A stretch of 62,121 bases of DNA, filler included. It is 6 parts of 6 records of this genome, joined end to end, with 100 filler letters (N's around TTAATTAATTAA, not from the genome) between each part and the next. Parts side by side here need not be neighbours in the genome. Positions count along the whole stretch, not along the records: positions 38,607 to 52,955 come from SRR31147125_37332; positions 53,056 to 62,121 come from SRR31147125_37382; 4 more parts are not named here. The stretch is one strand, 5' to 3'. The position numbers and the translations under genes are program-made. The notes below the pieces were generated by a model, which saw only the letters and a program-made list of their open reading frames with translations, was not told the DNA's origin and ran no database searches. Shown piece after piece: positions 52,832 through 62,121 of this stretch; within the stretch, counting starts at the first letter, position 1, and every line of letters begins with the position of its first letter.

Positions 52832-52955
52832 AAATCAACTATATTATTTATAACAAGTTGATTAGGTGTAAACATATAATTTCGGTTTAATTTTCTATTT
52901 TCTTTCAATCTATTTTATGACTTTACCAATTCTTGACCAACGTATTTTATTTTGT

Positions 52956-53055
52956 NNNNNNNNNNNNNNNNNNNNNNNNNNNNNNNNNNNNNNNNNNNNT
53001 TAATTAATTAANNNNNNNNNNNNNNNNNNNNNNNNNNNNNNNNNNNNNNNNNNNN
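52956..53055. other. Artificial contig linker
   Basis: N run with TTAATTAATTAA. Confidence 0.99.
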
Positions 53056-53177
53056 GAGTTTGAGAATCTTGACGATCTGTTCCTCGCTGAATCGACTCTT
53101 TCCCATGATATCCTCCGTCTTTTTCTTACTACGGAGAACTCTCATTTTCTACGCCCTAGTTTTCAGGGGGAATGTCA
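53056..53177 (-). mobile_element. Left end of an IS3-family (IS407-like) element with orfA start
   Basis: End TGACATTCCCCCTGAAAAC; ATG at 53106 encodes MGKSRFSEEQIVKILKL. Confidence 0.8.
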
Positions 53178-53902
53178 CTCTAGCTTGACGCGACGTATGA
53201 AAGGTGCGGTGCAACGACGGTACGGTCGTTTCATGTGCCGTCCTGATTGCCACTGGTGTGAATCAGGCAGGGAGGAGATCTATTCTGGAGGTCAGCGTCT
53301 CCTTGAATGAGGCCGAGGTGCATTGGCGTGAGCTTCTCAGTAGCTTGAAGCAAAGAGGTATACACGGAATCGAGATAATCACCAGCGATGATTACCAAGG
53401 CCTCAAGGCAGCGCTCAGGACGACCGTTAATGGTGTTTCATGGACCAGGTGCCATGTACATTTGCAGCGCAATGCTGCCGGATATGTCCCGCGTTTACAT
53501 ATGCAAGCTGAGGTCGCCCAGGATATCCGTTCGATCCTCACTTCTCCTGATGTGGAAAAAGCAGATCGATTCCTGGCTAAAACAGTGAAGAAATACGAGG
53601 GCAAAGCGAGCCGTTTGGCCAGATGGATGCGGGATAATCTTCCGCAAGGTTTTACCATTTTAAAACTGCCTCCATACCAAAAGAAACGGTTACGATCAAC
53701 GAATATGCTGGAGCGGCTCAACAAGGAGATCAAACGAAGAAGCAGGGTTGCAACGCTCTTCCCAAATGAGCAGTCGCTGCTCCGCTAGGTCAGTTCTATC
53801 CTCATGGAAATCAGCTATGAATGGAAGGCAGGCAGGATCTATCTCAGGGTGAGTAACGGCGAATTGGCTAACTGAATTTACAGAAACAATGGTGCGTTAT
53901 CA
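53178..53902 (+). mobile_element. IS256-family transposase pseudogene (3' part) with right end
   Basis: LDATYE, RCHVH, LRSTNMLERLNKEIKRR, FPNEQSLLR*VSS; internal TAG; terminal AATTTACAGAAACAATGGTGCGTTATC. Confidence 0.88.
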
Positions 53903-53927
53903 AATTGAATAAATTATGTGGAAAAAG

Positions 53928-53956
53928 TTGACACACAACAATATCTCAGATACTAT
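53928..53956 (+). promoter_or_regulatory. sigma70-type promoter
   Basis: TTGACA-17 bp-TACTAT. Confidence 0.6.
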
Positions 53957-54261
53957 ATATAGTATATTACTGAGTGTCACTGATTTGCTGGTGGTGGATT
54001 GATCGTGTCCATGTTGGGCGTATATTCCGACTCTGAATCGAATTGTTTATGGCGATGTTTTTGAGTTTGAAATTGAAGATCGGGTTTTAGGACGCATGGA
54101 GCTCTAGCTGAACGTGAATTGAAATATTGATATACAGGAGCCGAACAATTCGAGATTCATTTACTTCGGTTCACTTTAGAAATGGCTCTAATTGACAGTT
54201 ATTACCTACAAGCTTGTTACACGGTAGTTATAAACCCCTATTTCTAAAAAAAGGAAATCAG

Positions 54262-55440
54262 ATGCAAATAGCTGAAAGAATGAACAATGTCCCTTTCTCT
54301 GGAATTAGAAAAATTCTTGAGTCAGTGAACCAATTGGAGTTGGAAGGCAAGGACATAATACGTTTGGAGATTGGTCGTCCTGACTTTGATACACCAGACA
54401 ATATCAAGGCCGCGGCAGCAAGCGCACTGTCAGAAGGAAAGGTTCACTATTCTTCAAATTACGGTATTCCGGAATTATGTAGCGCTATTGCCCAAAAGTT
54501 GAAATCTGAGAATGGTCTTTCCTACAATTCTCAAAAAGAGATCATTGTTACGGCTGGTGCCAACGAGGCAGTGTTTATTACCATGATGGGGCTTTTGAAT
54601 CCAGGCGATGAAGTACTGATTCCTGACCCTTGTTGGCCTGCCTATTACCCCTGTACGCATATGGCCGGAGCTGTACCTGTCTCAGTACCTTTAGATTTCA
54701 GCAATGGTTTTGTTCCTAGAACTGAAGATATTGCCGAGCGAATTACCCCCAAGACCCGTATGCTCGTAGTTAACTCACCGCATAATCCAACCGGTACCGT
54801 ATATGGTACTGATACCCTGAGGGAACTTGCTAAACTAGCCATAGAACATGATCTTTATGTACTGTCTGACGAGATCTATGAACGGATTATATACGATGAT
54901 GCTGATCATGTAAGTATCGGGACTTTACCTGGAATGCGTGAGCGCACAATTATTGTAAACGGTTTATCCAAAGTATTTTCAATGACAGGATGGCGGTTGG
55001 GGTATGTTGCTGCGAACCAGACGATCACAGATGCATTGATACGAATTCATCAGAACACCGCTGTCTGCGCAACAACATTTGCCCAATGGGGAGGAGTAGA
55101 GGCTCTTATTGGGCCCCAGGCCGAACCCGCAAAGATGGTTGCAGAATTTAAGCGACGACGGGATTTCTTGTTTGATGCTATGGAAAAATTACCAGGTGTT
55201 CAAGCAGTAAAACCAGATGGTTCTTTCTACCTGTTTGTCAATATTGAAAAGCTGGGTCAGTCCGCAGACGAGGTTGCTATGTATCTACTAAAAGAGGCTG
55301 GGGTGGCAGTGGTTCCTGGACCAGCCTTTGGTGTTTATGGGGAAGGGTGTATTCGGGTCTCTTATGCAAATTCGTATGAGAACCTAGAACGTGCAGTGAA
55401 GAGGATGTCCTTGGCATTGAATAAATTAGTCAACCAATAA
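54262..55440 (+). CDS. PLP-dependent class I/II aminotransferase
   Basis: IGRPDF, NSPHNPTG, SDEIYE, GLSKVFSMTGWRLG. Confidence 0.93.
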   Translation: MQIAERMNNVPFSGIRKILESVNQLELEGKDIIRLEIGRPDFDTPDNIKAAAASALSEGKVHYSSNYGIPELCSAIAQKLKSENGLSYNSQKEIIVTAGANEAVFITMMGLLNPGDEVLIPDPCWPAYYPCTHMAGAVPVSVPLDFSNGFVPRTEDIAERITPKTRMLVVNSPHNPTGTVYGTDTLRELAKLAIEHDLYVLSDEIYERIIYDDADHVSIGTLPGMRERTIIVNGLSKVFSMTGWRLGYVAANQTITDALIRIHQNTAVCATTFAQWGGVEALIGPQAEPAKMVAEFKRRRDFLFDAMEKLPGVQAVKPDGSFYLFVNIEKLGQSADEVAMYLLKEAGVAVVPGPAFGVYGEGCIRVSYANSYENLERAVKRMSLALNKLVNQ

Positions 55441-55635
55441 TTAGCTAAGAAGAAAGCTGATTTTCCCCCAAATTTCAAAATTACTACTGAGGACTGAATA
55501 GATTGAGTTGCAATTAATAAAAAGGGAATGTGAGAGTTCGATACAGATTTATTTTTTCTGAACATCAAAATTTCCAGATATCGCTGTAGAGTTTGCTCTA
55601 ATAGAGCTGGCTGTTAATCGAGGTCTACGAATAAA

Positions 55636-58600
55636 ATGGATAATGCCAAAGTAGTCATGCCTGCTGACTCTTCTGTGAATTTTTCCTCCTCTGTAACTGG
55701 CGCGGATATAATTTTAAAGGCAGAGAAGGCCGGTCTAGATCACAGCATCCTTTATGAAGCTGTAATCGATCTGTCAGCCACCGGGCTGCTTACAGCCTAC
55801 TGCATTAATCTTGCAGCAGGAATCCTCCTTAATGACCTAGGTTTACCTCGCTATTTCTTTGACAACATTCAGAAACACTCTTTGACTCAGTTACTGCAGT
55901 CAATTGCCTCTAGTATTAGAGTTGTTGATGGAAAAGCTGCACTCTTTGGTCGCGTTGCACATATAGATTTTGATTTGAGCTATGGTAGTAAAGATCAACG
56001 TGTTCGTATTGCTACTGAAGAAACCAGAGACTCCATGGAGTCTATTCTGGAAGAATTATTACCTGGTCTTAGAAGGGAATATTACTTCAGTCCTGAGAAT
56101 AATTATTACACTTATATTCTCAGACCGGAGACCGTTCAGGATTATCCCAAACATGCTTTTAAAGAATCAAGATTTCTCTATAATCTTGCTGGAGACTATA
56201 GTGTTACGCCTGAGTCAACTAGAAAGCGTTACGAAAAAATTCTAGAAAAATCAGAAAATTCATCAACTCTTCCAATTCAGGTATTTAACCTTCCGGAGAC
56301 TGGGGAAACCCGGTTGATGTTTAAAACTGACTTTGAAACTGTCCAACTGCCGACTCTTAGGAAGATTCTTGGCGATAGAGGTTACGTACTTGTACGAGCA
56401 TACTGGGAGCCCTATCTCGCAGAGACCGATGTTCATTCTTCTATATGTTCTCTTTATATTCGAGGAGAGTTGACTCGAAAAGATGAAGCGAAGTTACTAA
56501 GAGACTTACGCGATTATCTCTCTTTTTCACAAGGGCCAATAACAAAGCTTTATCTGGACGGTACTCTCACCCTCAATGAAATGCTCTTTGGCGGTAACGC
56601 CATAGATTTCACACACCTCTTTATTTATCAAGAGAGTCTTAATGCGACTGACAAAGAACTATTTGAGCACCTCGAGGATAGAGACCACAAAGATACTTTT
56701 GCTAAACGCGTACAGGACTCAAACAAATCAATCTATAGTAAAGTGCTCATTGATGAGACCGTTAGGAAAAATGCCGATCTAATTGTTGATTTGTATAGAT
56801 TATTTATTAAACGGTTTGATCCCACAATAAAGAACAGGATTTCAGAGGAACTATTGGAGAAAGAATGGATCAAATTTGAGAAGAAAATTTGTAGTAGATT
56901 TATCGATTTCCCAGTTGGGTATGATATTTTTCGTTTTATGTTTAAGATCATTTCATGCACATTAAAAACAAATTTTTTCTGCGAACAAAAACGGTCCTTT
57001 TCTTTTAGATTTGATAACCGGATACTTGACCCTCTGGTTTTCAATAAGTTTGTTTATGGCATTTTTTTTGTCAACGGACATTACGTAAGGGGGACTCATA
57101 TGAGAGCTGGGGATATTGCCAGGGGGGACTACGACTTCTGCGTGTTTCTCGGTCCAATCACGGCAGTGAACTAAACGGTGCTGCATTGCTGAACTATGCT
57201 CTCGGCCCCAAGGCTCAGCGTCTCAAACATAAAGATATCTGCGAAAGTGGTTCAAAGGGTATTGTTGTTCCGCACCCTGCCTATGTAAAAAACGGTAAGG
57301 ACGTTCTCCTCGATTATACAGAAGGAATCATGGATCTGATCCTGCTGGAAGATGGTTGCGTTGTTGACTACTACGGAAAGCCTGAAATGATATTTTTCGG
57401 TCCCGACGAAGGAACGGCACAGCTGATGGATACGGTATCTTTGCGAGCTAAAGAGCGAGGATATCGATATTGGCGAGCCCTGACTACCGGAAAGAGTTTT
57501 GGTATCCCCCATGACACCTATGGATTTCTCGATTCTGGGGAGTGTTTTGGCCTTTTCGATAAAAACGAAAATGGAGTTGAGTTAAAAATAGATGGTAACT
57601 CGGTGTTAACCACTCATAAAATGGAAGAGATCTATTCACAAATCGGTGGAAAGATATCGATCAGTGGGATGACAACGACTTCTGTGATGTCGACCTTCAG
57701 GGCGATGATAGAATATTACGGCGCAGACGAGTCTGAGCTTAATCTAATAATTACAGGAGGACCGGATGGCGATCTCGGTGCCAATGAGATTCAGAGTTAT
57801 AAAGGGAGGATTTGCCTTATAATTGATGGTGGTTCTATCCTCTTCGACCCGAAAGGGCTCGATAAGAAAGAGCTGCAGAAGATTGCCTTTAATCGAAATT
57901 CCAATCCAAGGATCAATAGCCTGGGGTTCCCTGAAGAAAAGTTGAGTGCTAACGGTTTTAAAGTACCGCTGGCATCAAAAAATGTAACGTTGCCAGACGG
58001 CACATTTATTGAGGATGGTCTTTTGTTTCATAGAACATTTCTCACGGAAAGTACAGTAAGGCAATATATCAAGCAAGCAAACATCCGGGCTTTTATCCCT
58101 TGCGGAGGCTTTAAGGATACTATCAACCAATCAAACATTCATCAGTTTCTGGCTAACTTTCAGGAACTTGAATTTATTGTCGAAGGCGCTAACGTTTTCT
58201 TTGATGATAGTGCGAGAAGACATATAGCAACTGAAACATCCATTAAACAGATTAAGGATTCCAGTGCTAATAAGGGGGAGTTTTTAGTAGTTCCATTTCA
58301 GAGGTGCTGACGGCTTTTCTACTCGGCGACGACTATGAAGACAAACTACTTTATGAGAAGTCCACCATGTGGGGCCTTATTAAAGATGTCATGATACTTG
58401 TTGAACGTTATGCACGGCAAGAAACCCTCATGCTGCTCAAATTACATGAAAACGATCCAGCTGTTCCACTCTTCACTCTTTCAGAACAATCAAGTGAAGA
58501 GATCTTTGCATTGCAAGATAAACTCGAAGCGAAAATCGATGTAATACTCTCAGATGAAGAACTCGTTGAATTTGTACTGGAAGAATATATTCCGCCGATA

Positions 58601-58804
58601 CTCGTAAAAACAATGGGTTTAAAAAACATAATAAGCCTGCTTGATAGTGTAGAACTTGTTTCATACCGTAATACAATCCTTACCAAGAAACTTGCTTCAA
58701 TACTGTATTACCGATTTGGTACAGAGTGGGGTGCATTTATGGAAAATTTTGAGAAAGATATGAATACTTCTTTACGCTCGGTAACTAAGTGTTCAGAGGC
58801 ATAG
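55636..58804 (+). CDS. Large NAD-specific glutamate dehydrogenase (two frameshifts, ~57125 and ~58275)
   Basis: Corrected frames give IARGGLRL, KHKDICESGSKG, FGPDEGTA, GGPDGDLGAN, IVEGANVF, SANKGGV. Confidence 0.85.
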
Positions 58805-58933
58805 TGTTTCAATGTATTTTCTGTGTCGTTTTCTCAAGCAATAATAAACGGCAATATTGACTGGAATGTTTAGTCATGATTCGTGCCATTATAAATGTTA
58901 ATGATATCTCAATAAAAAAGAGGAGAATAAAAA

Positions 58934-59860
58934 ATGTCTGATAAACGATTTTCAGGTGTCCTTGTTCCAGTGCTGACACCTTTCAAAGAGGACCTGAGTC
59001 CAGACGCTGATAGATTTGTCAATCTATGCAAATGGATGTTGAATAATGGGGCGACAGGTATCGCACCATTCGGAACAACTAGCGAATCAAATTCGATGTC
59101 CGTGGAAGAACGTATGTCCCTTTTGGAAACGGCAGTAAATGGTGGTGTTGATCCTCTGACAATTATGCCTGGCGCCGGGTGCTGTAGCATTTCAGATAAT
59201 GTCACGCTTATCAATCATGCTGGCCGGATGGGTTGTCGTGCGGTACTAATGCTGCCGCCATTCTACTACAAGAACGTCAACGATGATGGCTTTTTCTGGA
59301 TGGTTGAGGAAACCATAAAGCGGCTGTCCGATAAATCCATGCACATTTATCTTTATCACATTCCCCCTCAGACGGTTATTGGTTTCAGCTTGGATCTGGT
59401 TACTCGCCTCGTCCAAGCATTTCCGGAAAACATTATTGGAGTAAAGGATAGTAGCGGTGATTGGGATAACACCCAGGCAATGATTGATAACGTTCCAAAT
59501 TTCACGGTATTCCCTGGATCTGAGCTCCCCCTATTGCAGGGCCTTAGAGCGGGTTCTGCCGGTTGTATTACTGCTTCGGGTAATGTTAATCCTACCGATA
59601 TTCGACGGGTTTATGATAACTGGCAATCCCCGAATGCGGATAAGTTACAGGAACGAATTACCGAAGTACGAAACGTGATACAGCGTTATCCTATGATTCC
59701 TGCTCTTAAACAGATTATTGCACATTTTTCAGGTGATAAGGCATGGGCTCAAACCCGACCACCGTTAAATATGTTATCAGATGATGAAAGTAATGCTCTT
59801 ATAGCAGATTTAAAAAACATTGATTGGGAACTGCCGAACGCCAAGGAGTTAAGAATGTAA
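58934..59860 (+). CDS. Dihydrodipicolinate synthase/lyase family protein
   Basis: LTPF, FGTTSE, LPPFYY, YHIP, GVKDSSG. Confidence 0.9.
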   Translation: MSDKRFSGVLVPVLTPFKEDLSPDADRFVNLCKWMLNNGATGIAPFGTTSESNSMSVEERMSLLETAVNGGVDPLTIMPGAGCCSISDNVTLINHAGRMGCRAVLMLPPFYYKNVNDDGFFWMVEETIKRLSDKSMHIYLYHIPPQTVIGFSLDLVTRLVQAFPENIIGVKDSSGDWDNTQAMIDNVPNFTVFPGSELPLLQGLRAGSAGCITASGNVNPTDIRRVYDNWQSPNADKLQERITEVRNVIQRYPMIPALKQIIAHFSGDKAWAQTRPPLNMLSDDESNALIADLKNIDWELPNAKELRM

Positions 59861-60124
59861 TTACAGTTACCCCGTGCCGGTCAGCAACTGATGAGATACA
59901 GTGTCATAACGGATTGAGTTTCTGGAACTGCTGTGCAGGAAAATGAATTGACGTTTGTGACTGCCTTAGTTACTTGGGCATACCATAAAAGATCAGATAT
60001 TCTAGCACATATATCATTAATACTTTTGCTAACAAGCATTTATCGTGCGTATAAAGCCATGACAAACAATTTTGAATCGATCTTCAATCATCCATAGGTT
60101 CATTAGTAGTAGGAGGATTTTTAT

Positions 60125-61282
60125 ATGTCTATAAAACAAGCTCTTTCATATCTTGATCAAGAAAAACTCATCCAAAATTTACAGGAATTTGTAAGAATTG
60201 AGAGTGTAACTCATAATCCTAATGAGATAAGTCAAAAAGTCTACGACTTGTGTAAAGAGATTGGGATGAAAGTGGAGTTTGATAACCAACGAAATTTAAT
60301 CGCCGTCCTTAAAGGCTCAAAACCTGGTAAAAGGCTGGTATTTAACAGTCATATGGATACGGTAGAACTTGGTGAGAACTGGACCATTGACACACCCACG
60401 AGTGGCAATATCATAGATGGCAAATTATATGGCAGAGGCAGCGTTGATTGCAAGGGAAGTATCGCTTGTCAAATTGCTACAGCTAAAGCAATTAAGGACT
60501 CAGGTGTTGATTTTTCAGGTGAAATCGTCTTTACCCACATTGCATACCATGAGATGCAAAACACTGACTTAAAAGGAACCCTACGCCTTATAAAGGATGG
60601 CTTCACCGCCGATATGGGTATCAATGGCGAGGGCACCTATGGAAGAAAAATCTGTGTTGCTGGTAACGGTATGTGCGAAGTACTTGTCACCACCTACGGT
60701 GTATCTTCACACGGTTCTACTCCGGACAAAGGGATTAATGCTATCAATAAAATGTGTAAAATCATAGATAAAATTAACCAAATAGAGGTTGGTACCAATG
60801 AATATACAGGCAAAGGGTCCATCGTTGTTGGCAAAATACAGGGCGGTGAGCGTTCAAGTGTAGTACCAGAACTTTGTACCCTTAAAGTATCCTCTTTTTT
60901 GATACCTGGAGATTCCGGAGAAATTTTTCTGGAGAAAATTAATAGAATCATCAAGGATCTAAAAAAAGAAGATACTGACCTGAATGCCAAAGCAGAATTA
61001 GCCTACAACTCCAAATCCCATCAGATTAGCGTAGATGAAGCAATCGTTCAAAATATAGTCAGAGCGCATGAATACCTTGGATACGAATTTGAAATCTCAG
61101 GTACACCGCAGCACTGTGATGCCGACTATATGGTCAATGAGGCAAATATTCCTACGGTTATCTTTGGCCCGGGACAAGGTCATCTGGCACATATGCCCGA
61201 TGAATATGTAGAAATTGAAGATCTTATCAAAGCAACCAAAGTTTACATTGTGGCCACTTGCCTCACTTTATCAGACGGTTAA
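60125..61282 (+). CDS. M20 family (ArgE/DapE-like) metallopeptidase/deacylase
   Basis: SHMDTV, YGRGSVDCKG, HGSTPDKGINA, FGPG..AHMPDE. Confidence 0.88.
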   Translation: MSIKQALSYLDQEKLIQNLQEFVRIESVTHNPNEISQKVYDLCKEIGMKVEFDNQRNLIAVLKGSKPGKRLVFNSHMDTVELGENWTIDTPTSGNIIDGKLYGRGSVDCKGSIACQIATAKAIKDSGVDFSGEIVFTHIAYHEMQNTDLKGTLRLIKDGFTADMGINGEGTYGRKICVAGNGMCEVLVTTYGVSSHGSTPDKGINAINKMCKIIDKINQIEVGTNEYTGKGSIVVGKIQGGERSSVVPELCTLKVSSFLIPGDSGEIFLEKINRIIKDLKKEDTDLNAKAELAYNSKSHQISVDEAIVQNIVRAHEYLGYEFEISGTPQHCDADYMVNEANIPTVIFGPGQGHLAHMPDEYVEIEDLIKATKVYIVATCLTLSDG

Positions 61283-61495
61283 TGAGTGTTTGACCGCATT
61301 GTCAATGTCTAGCAGACTACACTCAACCGACAAAGACACGTGTCACTGCTCGGATTCGGTCAGACACTGCTGATGAGCGTCAAATACAGCATAGTATGTT
61401 GACAAGGTTCCACAGTGGTGGATTAAATATCAGAAACACCAAAGGGTTTCCAGAACATTGCCTCCAATTTAAATTCAATACAGGTTTTTAATTCC

Positions 61496-62121
61496 ATGTG
61501 TGCAGATTTTATAGATGAACAATATAGAAATTTTGTTCTGAAGCCAGTTATGTCTCCCACGGCAGTAAGCAGTGCCCAAGGCGTGATGCTGATAGAACCC
61601 TCCGGCAGACAGGTTCTGGATTTTGTCTCCGGGTTCGGAGTAATGGCATTAGGTTATAACAACCCGTACACGCAACAAGTCAAAGAAGCCGTCACAAAGC
61701 AGATGGATAATATATGGCATATGCCATATTACCTGTGCCAGTGTGAACCTGCCGCAATTTTATCTGAGAAATTGGCCGCCATTACACCGCTGCAGCTTTG
61801 TAAAACCTTCTTCTGTAACAGCGGCAGTGAAGCGATAGAAGGATCTATTAGGATCATACGTAAAGCTAAGAAAAGATATGAGCTGATAGCCCCGCAACAA
61901 TCATTTTTCGGACGAACCATGGGGGCGGCCAGTCTGACGGGACTTAGCGAAGCTAAAAGCGGTGCAGGGCCGCTTTTACCTGGCGTTCACCATATTCCGG
62001 CACCCTATTGTCTCCGGTGCAGTTTGAATCATCAATACCCGGAGTGCAACCTGGCATGTGCCGAGTACCTTGACGATTACCTTGAATTTGGAACCGATGG
62101 GGCTGTTGCTGCACTTTTTTT
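61496..62121 (+). CDS. Class III PLP aminotransferase (GabT/ArgD-like), truncated by window end; absent from the ORF track
   Basis: LDFVSGFGVMALGY, FFCNSGSEAIEG, SFFGRTMGA, PAPYCLRC. Confidence 0.88.
   Translation, partial: MCADFIDEQYRNFVLKPVMSPTAVSSAQGVMLIEPSGRQVLDFVSGFGVMALGYNNPYTQQVKEAVTKQMDNIWHMPYYLCQCEPAAILSEKLAAITPLQLCKTFFCNSGSEAIEGSIRIIRKAKKRYELIAPQQSFFGRTMGAASLTGLSEAKSGAGPLLPGVHHIPAPYCLRCSLNHQYPECNLACAEYLDDYLEFGTDGAVAALF

Noticed and set aside
6509-53055. Repeated TTAATTAATTAA motif as a biological repeat, and gene linkage across it
   Set aside because: Artificial linker inside N runs; the flanking contigs come from different organisms
55636-58804. Three-gene split GDH or programmed frameshifting
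   Set aside because: Both breaks are G-run deletions inside GG motifs, matching the window-wide error pattern
226-61920. Numerous short antisense or overlapping ORFs in the ORF track
   Set aside because: They are shadows of well-supported genes, with no motifs or RBS support

Overview
This window is not one locus. It is six unrelated contigs joined by 100-nt N/TTAATTAATTAA linkers, probably from a metagenome. (1) 1-6508: Bacteroidota-like sulfatase/GH110/sulfatase/GH29 cluster. (2) 6609-13777: Bacteroidota SusC/SusD pair plus an acidic hypothetical protein. (3) 13878-29170: spirochaete-like replication-origin region (dnaA-oriC-dnaN-recF-DUF721-rpmH-rnpA-yidC-jag-metK ... murA) with clear DnaA boxes and DnaA-trios. 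(4) 29271-38506: sugar isomerase/aldolase/kinase operon, a low-GC ImmA/IrrE islet and housekeeping genes. (5) 38607-52955: an integron gene-cassette array on the minus strand, with about nine attC sites decaying toward the distal end and no integrase in the window. Its cargo includes a 971-aa Ser/Thr kinase-STAND ATPase-TPR protein, a nested cassette and a probable C-GCAxxG-C-C selenoprotein (in-frame UGA plus SECIS-like hairpin). The array is interrupted by two arrays of an unexplained ~260-bp non-coding repeat with a covarying hairpin. (6) 53056-62121: nested IS3/IS256 remnants followed by amino-acid metabolism genes. Many genes are split or fused by single-base homopolymer deletions, which look like sequencing errors. 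Family and taxon assignments come from motif recognition, not database searches.
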